Assembly: GCA_013265495.1 (NCBI GenBank)
Contig: MU058919.1
Span: 4,543,345 to 4,607,344, forward strand
Source: Vicugna vicugna
Lineage: Eukaryota
Length of the DNA: 64,000 bases
Reading direction: 5' to 3'
In this document: positions 22,746 to 35,375 of the stretch, in pieces
Layout of the letters: each line of letters opens with the position of its first letter
Position numbering within the stretch: the stretch's first letter is position 1
Made by a program: the position numbers and the translations under genes
The notes under the pieces: model-generated
What the model was told of the DNA's origin: nothing
Seen by the model: the letters and a program-made list of their open reading frames with translations, nothing else
Database searches by the model: none

Positions 22746-25499
22746 GGAGGACCTGATGCCAGGGCTGTCCTGCCCACCTGCCAGCAGGCACGAGTTTTCT
22801 GTCTCCCAGGAAGAGGATGCTGGCGTGTGTGGAGATACCCGCCTCTTCCTTCTCGGCAGCTTTGGCTCGCGCCCTCCCCTCCTGGCGCGTGGGGCTGTAC
22901 CTCTTGTGCTGGCTTCCATGTCCTCGATCCTACTTAATCTTTACGGCAGCCCCCAAGGTGGTGGGCAGGGAGGCAGGAGAGGTCTGGAGGAGGAATGCCC
23001 TGTGGTGGGGGCCCAGGGGAGGGGCAGAGCCACGGTTCAAACCCAGTCCTTCAGATGTGGCCCCGGGACTGGCGGCTCTTACCGAGGACACCCCAGGCTG
23101 GGAGACAGGTGGCTGGGCTATGCGCGGCTCCCACCAGGAGCGCCTTCTGCCTCTGTGTCCCAGGCTTCTTTGGCTCATCTCCCCTGGAGAGGGGAGACTG
23201 AGTTCAGGCCCCAGGCAGCTCAGGCCAATGTGGATTAGCTGTGTCCGAAAGCCCACCAGCATCCCTGCCCGGCCTGAGCTCCGTCCAGGGCTGGAGGGGT
23301 GTGCTCCAACATGTCCCCAGGGACCCGGCTGGGTGCTTTGTGTCTGGGGTCAGGACAGCAAAGGCAGAGTTAAGACGAGATGAATCAGGAATGGGGAGAG
23401 ACCGGGCAGGCTCAGCAGGCTGCTCGAAGTGGGGTGCTTTGGAGTCGGGGTCCCCCTGGAGCCCCTCAAGTGCGAGAACTGCCAGCCACCTCTGCCAGAA
23501 GGAACCAAAGGGGGGATCCTGAGGCCAGGCCCCAGGCTTCTGCAGGACCCAGGGCCTGGCTGCCAGTCTGCCTGGGCCTGGCCGCCCGGCCGAGCTGGTC
23601 CTGTGTCAGGACTATGCGTTCGTCTCCGTCCCGCTGTGTTTATCGGAAAGTTTCCTCCTTTGTGTGTGCACCAGGAGTTCTTGCTTCATTATTCAGAAAG
23701 TCTTTAAGCTGATGCTCACCTACTTAGCCACATTAACATATTTAAATCACAATTAATTGGAAAATTACAGTAAGATGTGAAGTGGGAACCATTCCTTTCA
23801 AATGAGCATCTAAGCTTGCTGATGAAACCAAGCGGTTCGTTTCTTTCCAGGAAGTCTTCAGACCCCCGGCTGGGCTCGTGTGGCCCAGGCACGTGCGAGC
23901 TGCCTCTCCAGAAGCGCGGCTCTGCCTCCCAGGGCCCACGGTGCCAGAAGGCATGAGTCTCAGACCCGCAGCCCCAGGCTGGCCCGGCAGCGAGGATCCA
24001 TGGGGAAGGGAGCCCCGGGGAGGCGGGTAGCAGAACTCTTTTGGGACAGGGGTCAGCTCACGGGCAGTGGGAGCCCCTGCTTCATTCCTGGAGAGGCGGG
24101 GCCGTGGGGTCTGAGCTGTGTTCTCCAGGGTCTCGTCACCATGATGCGGTAACAGGATTCGAGACACTGCCCCCAGCGCTCCCTGGCGCAGGGCCCCAGC
24201 TTCCCTGCTTCCACTGGGGCCTCAGACCAGGGCACGTGAGCACGCCAGCAGCAGTGACAGCCACGGGGAAGGCTTGTGGAGGGCGTCTCCGCCCCTGTGG
24301 GTGGAGAGCTCCCGCCTGATCTGGTCAGCTCCTCCCAGGGACCGCCATCAAAGAGTCACGGGAACTGAGGCTTGGAGAGGTCACCTGCTGGGAGAATCAG
24401 AGGATGAAATGTGAACCCGCAAGGCTGGCCCTAAAATCTGGGCAACTGACCGCTGCACTCACCACTTCCGACAAAGCTGGCCCCCCCTGACCAGGTGAGA
24501 GTTGCCAGCAGGTGAGGTCCTAGGTGAGCGAGGTGCACCCCACGCCTCACCACCTGGTGCAGGGACATGTGGGAGAGGGTGCCTGAGTGCCTGCAGAGGA
24601 GCCCCGAGGGTGTGGTCCAGCGACGGCCGCCATTACGGCAGCCGGGGGACCCCCTGTGCCGCACCCCTCAGGCAGCTGGAGAGCATGAAGCCTCCTTCAG
24701 GGTACGGGGGGCCTGGGAAGGTGCGAGGGTGCTTGCCCTCTTGTATGGGATACCTGAGCCACCACCAGCATCTGAGCCCATGGGCTGGAGCGGCTAAGAT
24801 ACAGTGATCCTTGGCCTTGGTTCTGCAGACTTTCTGTGAACAGGCCTCACGCACTGCAGGTGCTTAAGCACTGCTGTGAGATGCCTGGAGGTTCTAACTG
24901 GGAGCGGAGGAGGAAGAAGCGTGCGGCCTGCTGTAGGGTCTGGCGAGCCCGGGTCGGGGGTGCAAGGCTGAGAGATATGAGGTCATGGTTCCAGGCAGCA
25001 CCCACCTTTTCGCAGGGACCTTGTGGATCTGAGCCCCCTGACTTCCGACCCGCTCTGCAGGCACGTGCGCCGCGCAGGGTTCGGGGAGGCCCCGGGACCG
25101 GCCGTGTAGCTGATGGAGAGGAGGCCCCGCGGCCCTGGATGTGGTGGTGCGGCGGTGAGGTGCCCGGGGAACACCTCCGTGTGGGAGCGGGGGACCCGTC
25201 TCTCTTCCTGCAAGTGGACTGATAAAGGGCAGGCGTTTGTTTTTCCAGAGTCTCTGAGTCGCTTTGCGAGTTTGTTTCCATCTGAGGCAGCCGTGCTCAT
25301 TGCAAAGCTGAAGGTCCGCTGGCCTTTCTAGATATTTAACGCCTGCACAATTAACCAATCGTGTTACGTAATGTGTTCTTGAATGCTCCATTTATCTCGT
25401 AATTGAACATTTGTGCTTTCTGTTAGAGTGCATTGATTTTCACTTTTAAAAATTCCATTTGGAAGTGCAAGCCACATTTTAGATTTGAAGTGGGGCGCA

Positions 25500-26350
25500 G
25501 CGGGGCAGGAGGCGGTTCGGAAGGGGTCAGGCCCGCTGGCGGGAAAGCTCAGCTGCCTTCCGCCGCTCTCCGCTGGCCGCCCGGGCCGTGCATGCATGAG
25601 TTCCCCTCACTGTCCCGCAAACCCTAGCGCTGCCCCCATTTTGGAGGGGAGGGCACACTGCTGCCCTGAGTGGGAAAGTGGATCAGGATTCAAATGAGGC
25701 AGTGGGAGACCAGAGACCAGCCCGTGACCACTGCAGGACGCTGCTCGGACACCGGGTTCGTGTCCAGAGGCGTCCCCTCCCTGGCTGTGCGCGCCCCCTC
25801 CCCCGCCACCCGGCAGGGCAGGATGCTGGCTGGGGAGATGCCCGCTCCTTTTAGCAGGCCCCTTGTCTTCAGCAGCCTCTGCTCTCTCTCCGAACTGCCG
25901 GCCCTGGGCTTCCTGTGTGCAGGACCGCCCGCAGACCGCGCTGGCTGGCTCTCTGATGAGCCCGTCCTGGTGCTGAGTGAAAGGCAGAAATCAATAGTGA
26001 ACGCGAGGCTCCCCGTGCCCACAAGGCCCAGAAGCTGCCTGCTCAGCCGACTGTCTTCCGGGCAGAGCCACCTGTGGGGAGAGGTGAAAGGCACACGAAC
26101 TAATGAAATCTCCCGCAGGTCCCGCCGGCCCGCCCGCGCGCCTGTGCGGGAGCGTGCGCGGCCTCCCCGCAGCGTCTGCACACGTGCTGCCCGCAGCCGC
26201 GGCAGGCCCGCCGGCGAAAGAGCAGACGGACGCTTGTGTGTTGTGGTGCATGTGCGTTTCTGTCTCCCGAGAGCGCTGCTGCGTGCAGATCTGTGGATGG
26301 GAGCGTGTGAGCCTGTGGGTGAAATGCGGGTCCGTGACAACAGGGGCTGT
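25500..26350. promoter_or_regulatory. CpG-rich segment, candidate regulatory region or alternative promoter
   Basis: High CG density (e.g. 'cccgccggcccgcccgcgcgcctgtgcgggagcgtgcgcgg') directly after an AT-rich CCAAT/D-box module. Confidence 0.4.
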
Positions 26351-26739
26351 CTGCAGGGGTGCATGATCTACGAGTCCGAGTGTGGCTGGGTGTGTGTGCC
26401 TGAGGACTTGGGCAGTGTGTGTGTGTTGCTGTGTTTGGTGTGCATATCTACACACACAGGTGTGCACGTATATGGACCTACTGGCTCAGGGAAACGCAGT
26501 TTACTCCACAAGCAGCTGGCTGAGGTGAAGCTCATTCTCCTCCCGCACCTGCATCAGCTGCAGGGCTATGGGTGGGGCTGTCTGCCCTCGTGACCTTCTA
26601 GAGCCGACCCAGCCGGTTGCCTTTGGACGCCCTGATTCTGAGAAAACGGGCAGCTGTGCTTCTGTTGTGCACGTGATAGTTCTGCACCGTTAGAGCACCT
26701 GACTGACCCCATCTTGCTAAACCGAGAATCAGCCTGGGG

Positions 26740-27195
26740 CTGTGTCGGTTACCGAGGGCTTCCGTAACAAGTGACCACAAACAGGATGGCTTCAAACGCC
26801 AGGACTGCTTCTCTCCCCATCCTGGGGGCCAGAAGCCTGACATGCAGGGTGGGCAGGGCCAGGCTCTCCCTGCAGGCTCATGGGGAGGGTCGTTCCTGGC
26901 CTCGCCCTGGTGTCTGGTGGCTGCCGGCAGCCCTGGGCATCCTTTGGCTTTCAGATGCATTATTCCAGTCTCTGCCTCTGTCTTCACGTGACATTGCTCC
27001 CCTGTATGTGTCTCTGTGTCCAAACTATCCTCTCCTCCCAGGGACTCCAGTCAGACTGGATCTCAGGCCCACCTTATCCTAGGGTGACGTCCTCTTGGCT
27101 TGCTTACATCAGCAAAGACCCTGCTTTCAAATAAGGTCATGTTCACAGGTTCCTGGTGGATGCATTTTTAGGGGCCACCATTCAACCCAGTGCAT
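26740..27195 (-). mobile_element. MLT1B/C-like solo LTR
   Basis: 'ccgtaacaagtgaccacaaacaggatggcttcaaac...gggccagaagcctg...tctggtggctgccggcagccctgggcatcc...tctctgcctctgtcttcacgtg...aaataaggtcatgttcacaggttcctgg...ggggccaccattcaacccagtgca'. Confidence 0.9.
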
Positions 27196-27984
27196 GGGCA
27201 AAAGTAAAGCTTGGAAAGTGAGAGTCTATGGCAAGTTGTTGGAAGGCAGGGCAGGGTTCTACTCTCATCACTGATAAGTTGGTATGAAAAGCCAGGGCTG
27301 AGAAATGCCCGAAGTAGGAGGCTTCAAACTGCGAGGTGTGGGTGGTCTCAAGGCAGCCGTGCCCAGGCCACCTCCTTCTCCGTCCGCAGTGGGAGTGGCA
27401 GCCGGGCGGTCGGGGAGGAGGTCCTGCGGGGGAAAGGCAACGGGAAGCCAGGTAGGAGGGCACAAAGTTCGGGGGGTCAGGAAAGTGCCTGGCGACATCA
27501 CATCCAAGAACTCATCAGAGAAACCAGCTCTCTGTCTCGCTCACTCCAAGTCTGGCCGTGTCTCTCCTGAGCATGCCCCTCAGGTGCAGGCTGGAGGCCG
27601 TTGCATGGACATATGTTTTCTTGCAGTGTTGTAATGAGTATGGGTTGCCTAGTGTGAGCTGAAGAAATGCCAAATATTTTAAACTCGACTTTCTTGCTCT
27701 GTATGGCACTAAATTTTCTTGTTCCTCTCAATTACATCTGACAGGGATAGTAATTCACTCCAGATGTCCAAATCAGAGCAGGTGACCATAATTTCAGAGA
27801 AACCCAGTGTTGTGTTATATATGTTTCTTAACTTCTTCAAGTCTTACACAGTCTTTGGAAATGACATTTAATAATGAAGAAGCATGATACGTCCATACGA
27901 AGTTAAAAGAGTAAACTGAATTCAATAAAAAAAAAAGTAAACTGTGTGAAAGGAATTTTGACAAAATCATGCTTATTTCTAGCA

Positions 27985-28226
27985 CCGTGTTTATCAAACA
28001 TTTTAAGGGCACTCCAGAGTAAGAAATACATTTTCCATCATAATCCAGGATTCAAGCTTATGGAATTGAAGCAAAAATTTGGGAAGACAGTTCTTATATA
28101 AAATCCATTCTGATTCTTATCATTTCTATTTTCTCATGCTGTCGTTATTGTTGTTTTAAATGCTGGTCATGACCCTTTAAATTAATTTTATAGCCCACTA
28201 ATAGTTCATATACTTGAAAAACATTG
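27985..28226. mobile_element. hAT-Charlie MITE with terminal inverted repeats and 8-bp target-site duplication (family name uncertain)
   Basis: Ends 'ccgtgtttatcaaa' and 'ttgaaaaacattg' are imperfect TIRs; flanks 'ttctagca' (27977-27984) and 'ctctagca' (28227-28234) form a 7/8 TSD resembling the hAT NTCTAGAN preference; internal 'agtaagaaatacattttccatc' and 'ttaaatgctggtcatgaccc'. Confidence 0.75.
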
Positions 28227-28749
28227 CTCTAGCATCATCAAAACATTCACCATTTTGGCAAGGTTCTCCTTCTTGTAATCAGTTCCCAAAGCTCACAATT
28301 GAGACCAAAGGGGTATAGGAGAAAGGAGGTTTCCAGTATGCGTCATATAAGTAAAATGTATAATTGAACACAGCTCGAGTGTACTGTTCTCCAATGGCTA
28401 TTTCGAAGGCAGGTTGAAACTGATTAAATGGCAATCTTTGAAGAGTTTTCTTTTTGCTCCCGGCGAACAAAGGCTGAGTGCTCGGGGGAAGCTCGGCTGT
28501 GTGACGCCTCACTGAGCCCTCAGCCCTGCTGCGTCAGCATGGTTGAAACTCACCGGGAGGGATGAAGTTGTCACCAGCACCGTGACTGGTGGTGTGTGCC
28601 TTCGCAACGGGTCTTTTGGGTGTGACGTGAGACCATATTTTGGTCACTAGGGACAATCACCCCTGATGGACAAGGTGGGCACATGAAATGTAGGGTGTGA
28701 CCCAACCCCGTTCTATCCATCCATCCATCCAGCCAACACAACAGCATAG

Positions 28750-29720
28750 TTTTTTATTATGAAAAATCTCAAATATACCCATGAATGGAGAAAATTGTAT
28801 GATAGACTCCCAGATATTCACCAGCAAGATTCAATAGGATCTTTCATTAGGATTTTGCCCCACTTTTTTTTTTTTTTTGCTGAAGTATTTAAAAGCAAGT
28901 TCCAGGTACTGTCTCATTTTGCTTCTTCTTGTCATTGTGAAACTCTAAAAAGCACAGACAACTCTCTCATAGAAGCACAATGTCACCATCACACAACAAA
29001 GAGGAATATGCATTTGGTAACCACCCAATACCCACCTCCAAGTCGAGTGTCCTCAGTGGTCTCCGGTCTAATGAAAGCATTTGTATAAATCCAGATTCAA
29101 ACAAGGCCCACACTTCCTGTGTGGTGTCTTTAAATTTAAAGGACCCTCCCCTTCTGTTCTATTTCATGACCATGATGTGTTGAGGAAACCAGCTCAGCTG
29201 TCCTTCAGGGTGAATGTCTCTGTCGTTTCCTCACTGTGTCATTTAACACCTTAGCCTGTCCCCGTGTTTCTTGTAAACTGGACGCTACTTTGAAAGACTT
29301 GATTAGATGTAGGGTCACTATTTTTGGCAAAGATCCTCCAAGTACAGTACCTAGTATCATATCACGAGGTCCGTGTTGTCTGGTTGTACTTTCAATGGTG
29401 CTAAAATTGGCCAGTGGGTCTAGGTGGTTTCGTGACACCCCTGTTGCAAAGAGCCTCGTCACCTTTCACGCAAAGGTTTCATGTACTGGTCATCGTTTCC
29501 TGAACCAGCGATTTCCCTGGAGTTTGCAAAATGGTGATTATTACTTCTATCATCCTTTCCATTTCATCAGCTGGAATTCTTCTAGAAAGGAGACTGAACC
29601 TCTTCCACTTGGTTTGTCTTCACAAAAATACAGTTCACACAGGAGCCATTACAGACTACGTGATTTCAGTTGTTTGGAATTTTTCTGCTCAGTGCACAGA
29701 TATACATAGTGATATATTTA
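28750..29720 (-). mobile_element. L1MC-type LINE-1 3' end (L1MC4/5-like)
   Basis: 'tttttattatgaaaaatctcaaatatacc...ttttttgctgaagtatttaaaagcaag...ccagattcaaacaaggcccacac...ttgcaaaatggtgattattacttctatcatcc...cagctggaattcttctag'. Confidence 0.8.
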
Positions 29721-31554
29721 TTACGTAGATCTTCACACTATAAACCTGGAATGATTCATTCCAAAGAGCCTACCACCTACGTGTCTTGCTGCATCTTCAG
29801 GGCCAAGACGAAGAGACAATGATTAGTTGGCTGACTTAAGGCTCACAGAGTTGCCTCCTCTCCCACGAGGCCCTGCTAACCTGTGTGGCCTTCTCCAGGA
29901 AGGTCCAGGGAATGGCGGCATTTCCGACCCCAGCCTTGGTAATGGTCTGTGGCCACCCACTCTTTTACAGGAAATCCCACTGGAGGGTTTGGTATCTCTA
30001 GTAGGGAGGACTTGCCAGGTCAGTTCCCCTACCATGTTAAATTTTAAGAATGGTGGGGAAGAGAGAGAAAGTCTTGGTGGGTCACAGGTGGGGACGGGGA
30101 CAGCCACAGAGGTGAGCACCCTCACCGGGAGCTCTGACACGGCTCTAGGAAGGGATCTTTGATGCAGTCAGCGGAGGGCTCTTTCCTGCTCCCGTTCTGC
30201 CTTCCTGTGTGAGAGATTCTTTTCTTCTTAGGCAGTCAAACCACTCATGTACAAAGCCATGGTTTGGATGGCGTGCCAGTCTTCCCATAATTTCCTTATA
30301 AAACATAGCATCTGAAAACTGACCACGTAGCTGAGGAATGTGAGGTGTTGGCTGCAAAAGTGGAAAAATAACTTGACCATCAATTAGACCCAAACTCTTG
30401 GTTTTCATAGATACATGGAATTAGGCTGAGAGAAGAAGGGGACAGTGTAGCAGTCGGTGTACATCACATCACCCGCCCCCTTCCTCGCCGCTACATGTCC
30501 TGCAGCTCCAGAAAGGTGGTAATATGCTCATTCACATAGACTCTGATGACTGAGCCCAGCCAGAATTGTCCTAACCCAGGTCTAAAAGCAAACGAGCTGG
30601 CTTACCCAATGAGGGTTCAACTGGTTAAGCCAGAAAAAGGGTACATATTACAGGGTTTACCCTATCCTCCACTCACCGTGGGCTGTTATGTGAGAAACAG
30701 TCTGCACAGGTGATCAGCTGTTCCTGCATCTACCAGCCAGCTGTCTGACGGATCCAGCCGGCTGCAGACAACATCACAAGTGGCTTGACTGAACACAGCC
30801 TTCCTTCCCGACCTCTTCTGTGTCCGTGCATGGAGCCTAAGGGTCTGTGAGTCTGTCTCCAAGTATTTTTCTTCCAGAATTGACAGGTTCAAGTACACAG
30901 GCCAAGGCAGACATCCCGGAACACATAATGGTTGTGGAAAAGTCTGTTGCGCCTGGTTATTACAGATCACACGTAACAGTGTGTAAAATCTCCCGCTGTT
31001 CAGAGATTCTTGTGCTAAGCAGGTTAATTAAACCTTAATTTGAATCTCCCAGTTATATGGGTCTGGCCTTAAAATTATCCCACCTAATTCTCTGTCTATG
31101 TATGCATTAGTGAGGGAGGGAGAGGGAAGGTACGGCATTTTATATGCCTGAGTCATTAAATTGGCTTAATCTAATTAGTAGGCTGTGAAACAGTTGACGA
31201 AATTTGATCGACACACCACCTTAGGAAAGCCAATGTATTTTAAAATATTATTTTTCTTCACAAAACACCAGCTGTAATGTTTTTGGTATGATAACAAATT
31301 CGTGGTAAAATTAAATCAGCCAGCATTGCCTAGGTACCCCCGGCAGATGCATTGCTCCCTGGTACCAACAGCTCTGGCCGGGGCTGCGGCACCCCAACTT
31401 CTAGAGACAATGGCCAACTTCAGTCTGGCTTTGGGGCAGCAAGCTAATTTTATGACTCAAAACACCTGGATATTTGTAAACTTCCAAGTGTTTGGAAAAA
31501 TACAGCCACCATCTCTATGCCGAACCCCACTGTGGCCTGTGACCCACTCCCCGC

Positions 31555-31556
<2 letters not shown>

Positions 31557-31586
<30 letters not shown>
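31557..31586. repeat. (CA)15 microsatellite
   Basis: Perfect CA run. Confidence 0.95.
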
Positions 31587-31587
<1 letters not shown>

Positions 31588-32669
31588 CATCCCCGAATGC
31601 TCCTCGTGCTGGACCCAGACATTAATGTCTGCCCTCCTTTTCACCTTTACAATTGCAAATATAAATCAATCTGTTGTCACTGATGAGCCCTCTGGGAAAT
31701 TCCCTGCCTCTGCTCAGGACACTAAAAGATGTAGGTGAGAATCTTCCAAACCAACCACATATTTGTCCTCTGTCTGTTGCTAGCCATCAGGCTACGAATG
31801 CTGCTCTCATAATAGAGAAAACCGAGTAGAATTTCTCCAGGTCCAGATCTCGATTTTTTAACAGGTAGGAGTCCACCCTGTACATTAGATACACTAAATT
31901 CCCACTGCAGCCTGCAAACCTCCGTGCAAACTGACAAACAAACAAACTGAGGCATGAACTCCTGCCCCAGACTTGTGGCATCTCTAGAAAGAAATAAAAT
32001 AAAGATCGGAACATCCGGTGAGTCTTGTAACGCAGAAGTGTTTTGGTGGTTGAACTTGAGAAAAGGGTGCACTTTGCTAGTGAAACTCCATTCTCAACTC
32101 ACGACAGGAGGCCGTGTGAGAAAATGGTCTAAAAACAGGCAATCAATAATTTGTATCTCAAACACAGTGTGCTGTTAAATGGTCCCGTCTTCAGATGTCT
32201 TTGAAGGGAAGGGGGAGTAGTAGGAATAACTAGCCAGAAGGAGCCAGTCGAAATACTCACATACAGGAACAAAAGTCTCTGAAGGAAGTTACAGAACGTC
32301 CGCTGCCTGGCTGACTGCCCGCTGAGATGACTGCAAAGGAATCCCATTTAAAAGGAGATGCGCCAGTTCCAGCCAATGGTCCTCCTGTTCCAAGCAGGCG
32401 TTTGGGGCGGAACCAATCTCAGGACCACAAGAGAATCTCAGGGGCCAGGTGTGGACAGGGAAGAGGAGGAGGCCTCTGACAAAATCCTTCTTGCCCCCGT
32501 GAGGACCCAGCTGGGCTGGACAGATGGGTTGGCGCTGCTTTGGAACAATAATCCTAGGTAACACGGAGAGCTTGAAGGCCATTTTGCCAACGAGAATACG
32601 GAGCCTCTGAAAGCAAGGTTCCTGGCTGCCTCTTGCCAGATGGCAGAGCATCTGGGCTGGTATCACAGC

Positions 32670-32830
32670 TGATGGGGGGCTCTGAAGTCAGGCTCCCTGG
32701 GTTTGACTCCAGGTTGCCCTGTCCTAGCTGCAAGGCCTGGGACAGGTCACCTCACCTCTCTGCATCTCTGCGTTCTCACAGGTGAAGCAGGGCTGGTCAC
32801 TGTGCCCGCCTCCCAGGGTTTTAGATGGTT
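32670..32830 (+). mobile_element. MIR SINE
   Basis: 'gctctgaagtcaggctccctgggtttgactccagg...ctagctgcaaggcctgggacaggtcacctcacctctctgcatctc'. Confidence 0.7.
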
Positions 32831-35294
32831 TGCTGCAGCCAGACCAAGCAGAACACTAATCGTTGTCCTCACGATGCTGCTGCCGGGGTTTCCTTGGATC
32901 CTGTCCATACGATCCTGTTACTGGAAGTTCTGGAACCACCTCTGCTGCGCCTGGCCACAGGGAGAGCCAGAGGCAGCCAGGCATTGGTTAGAGGGCCCCG
33001 GGTGGTTTCAGGGATTCCACGGCCACCGGGGCCACCGCCCGACTTGCAGGCCAGTGAATCTGGTTTCCACTTCCTGCCCGGCACGTGCCGGCCTGCTTCA
33101 CCCTAACGCGGCTGGTCTGGCTCAGGGCGCTCCTGCCCGCGGGGCCGTATTCGCCCACTGTGTGCTGGCTGAGCTCGGGCCGCCCGTGCGGGCAGCCTCT
33201 GTACTCGAAGTGCTGGTCTTCTGGCAAGTCTGCCCAGCCTAGGGGCGGGGAGGTGCAGGCAGAGCAGTAATGCATCCGCTGGTCCTTTCACAGGAGGGCG
33301 TGTGGGCGTGCTGACAGAAGACTGGGTATTTGAGAGAGGGAGGGTGCATTGTCTTTTACTCTCTTTTTGTTGTGTTTTTGGGGGGCCATCCAGTGACACA
33401 TTCCACGCTCTTTTGTAAACACCTTGGGGAGCTCACATCTCGTCCCCCTCAAGCACACACAGTGTCTTTCTGGGAGGAGATGACAAGTCCTTGGCTGGGA
33501 AAGGGAAGACCTGGAATTAGGTTGAGGGACCAACTTCTCCCCATGAACCAGGGTTTCGGGGTTTCTTACTTCAGCATCGCTGATGCTGGGGCTGGGCGGT
33601 GATCTGTGGTGGGCCCGGCCTGGGCACTGCGGGGCATTGGGCAGCATCCATGGCCTCTACCCACCCCAAGCCAGTGGGACCCCCCCCAAGTTGTCCTACC
33701 AAATAACCACACATTCTCTGCTGTGAGTCATGTCCGCCCTGCAAAAGCTGAGGCAGAAAGAGCTAGGTTTACCTGCATTATCCTTGCATATCCGGCTCTC
33801 ACCGCAGTCCGGACCTGGCTCCCGGGGCCTGTGTGTGTGTCGTGGGGGTGGGGATGCTTTGCTGCAAGAAAGGGGAGGGTCATGAGGAGGCGCCGGCGTC
33901 AGTGGAAGGCCAAGGACAGTGCATCTTCCCCCAGAAGGGTCTGCCTTTCACCAGAGAGAGAATGAAAAACACTTGCGTTTTTGGGGACCAGACTGTATGT
34001 AAACTTGGACCCCGGGGGCTGCTGGGCTCAGGGGCACCGTTCATCACCTGGGGCGGCCGACACGGCAGGAGCGTAAAAGATCCCTGGAATGCATCACAGG
34101 CTACCTGGCAGGAACCCTATAGACAGGGGCTTTTTCTTTCTTAAAGTTAGACCAGTGCAGTTATCGTCCTGAGGGAGGGCTTGAGAGGAAACGGGTCTCT
34201 CTCCACTTCCTCTGGAACTGCCTGGCTGTGCGGTCCACCCTTGGGTGCAAAGATCCCTGATGCATTTCCAGCCGAGCCCCGCTCTCCCTCTGCCCCAAGC
34301 ATGCTGTGGTCCTGAAGGCCGAGGACACGGGCCACGGACACCCTGGACTTGGAGGCCATGCTCGCCGTGGACACGCTTGATGGGCACTCACAGCGTTTGC
34401 TCTGATGTAAACTGAGAGATTTGATGACTGTGTTGATTTCAGCTGTGGTCCAGCTCCTCCGTCCAGGCTGGTGCCGGGGGGCACATGTCTGAGTCAAGTC
34501 CAAGTCCCCTTCTCCACAGAGCTCTGGCTAGTGTGGCCTCAGAAGGTCTTGGGTGCTTGGGGACTGTCAGTGAGGGCGGGGGTGGAGGTCGGCCGGGGCC
34601 CCTCGGTAGCCACCCGGGCCTCCTCTAGATCCTCCTGGCTCTTCCGCTCTGCGTCTCCGCCTCCGGGCTGGGTGCTGGATCAGGCCATGACGAGGGTGTC
34701 CACCTGCTTCTCCCGCAGGTCACGCCCAGCGGCAAGGTCGGGGGCCAAGCGGGCAGAGGGAGCACTCAGGCTGCAGTCCATCCTATGGGCCCAGCTCAGC
34801 AGCACAGAGGTGGCTGGGCCTGACCTCTCCCTGGGTGGCCGTTCTCCCTCCCTGATTGCGGGGCCCCTGGACGCCCAGTTGCAGGGCCAGACGCAGGAAT
34901 GGCAGCCCAGCCTGGCCTGGGTACCTAGCCTCACAGCCGCTGGAGGACAAAGTCAGTTCTTTGTCACTTACACCTCCAATCAGAGTTCGACTCAAACAGG
35001 CGAGAACACGTGTGGGCAAACGTTCTCTTTAGGCCAGAAGAGGCTCCAGTCGGGCCTCGGAGCACAACAGGCCGCCTCTTCCCCGGCTGCTGGCACCTGG
35101 GGGCCGCAGGGCGGGGCCGTCAGCTGCTCGAGAGCATCCTGCCGTTTCTGGCCCAGCTCTGGTCCTTTGTCTCAGGCACTGCGGGGATTTGACATTCCCG
35201 GGTGACTTGTCCGTGACTCTGAGGATATACGTCTGTCCAGTTTCTGCTCCTTGTTGTGTTCTTATGATGTCCCAGAAACATGTGGTGCTGCTTG

Positions 35295-35375
35295 ATTGAG
35301 CTTCATAAAACGTATGAGGTAGGTTCTGACCCGTCCCCTTTCTAGAGATGGGAACGTGGAGGCGCAGAGAGGAAA
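35295..35375 (-). mobile_element. MIR core fragment
   Basis: 'tatgaggtaggttctgacccgtccccttctagagatgggaacgtggaggcgcagagagg'. Confidence 0.6.

Noticed and set aside
25670-26593. Longest ORF (307 aa, +)
   Set aside because: Composition is R/A/G/P/C/V-rich as expected from GC- and TG-rich DNA, with no domain, no splice-consistent boundaries and overlapping ORFs in other frames.
35312-35325. 'tgaggtaggtt' resembling let-7
   Set aside because: It is part of a MIR core (tatgaggtaggtactatt) with no hairpin or mature miRNA match.
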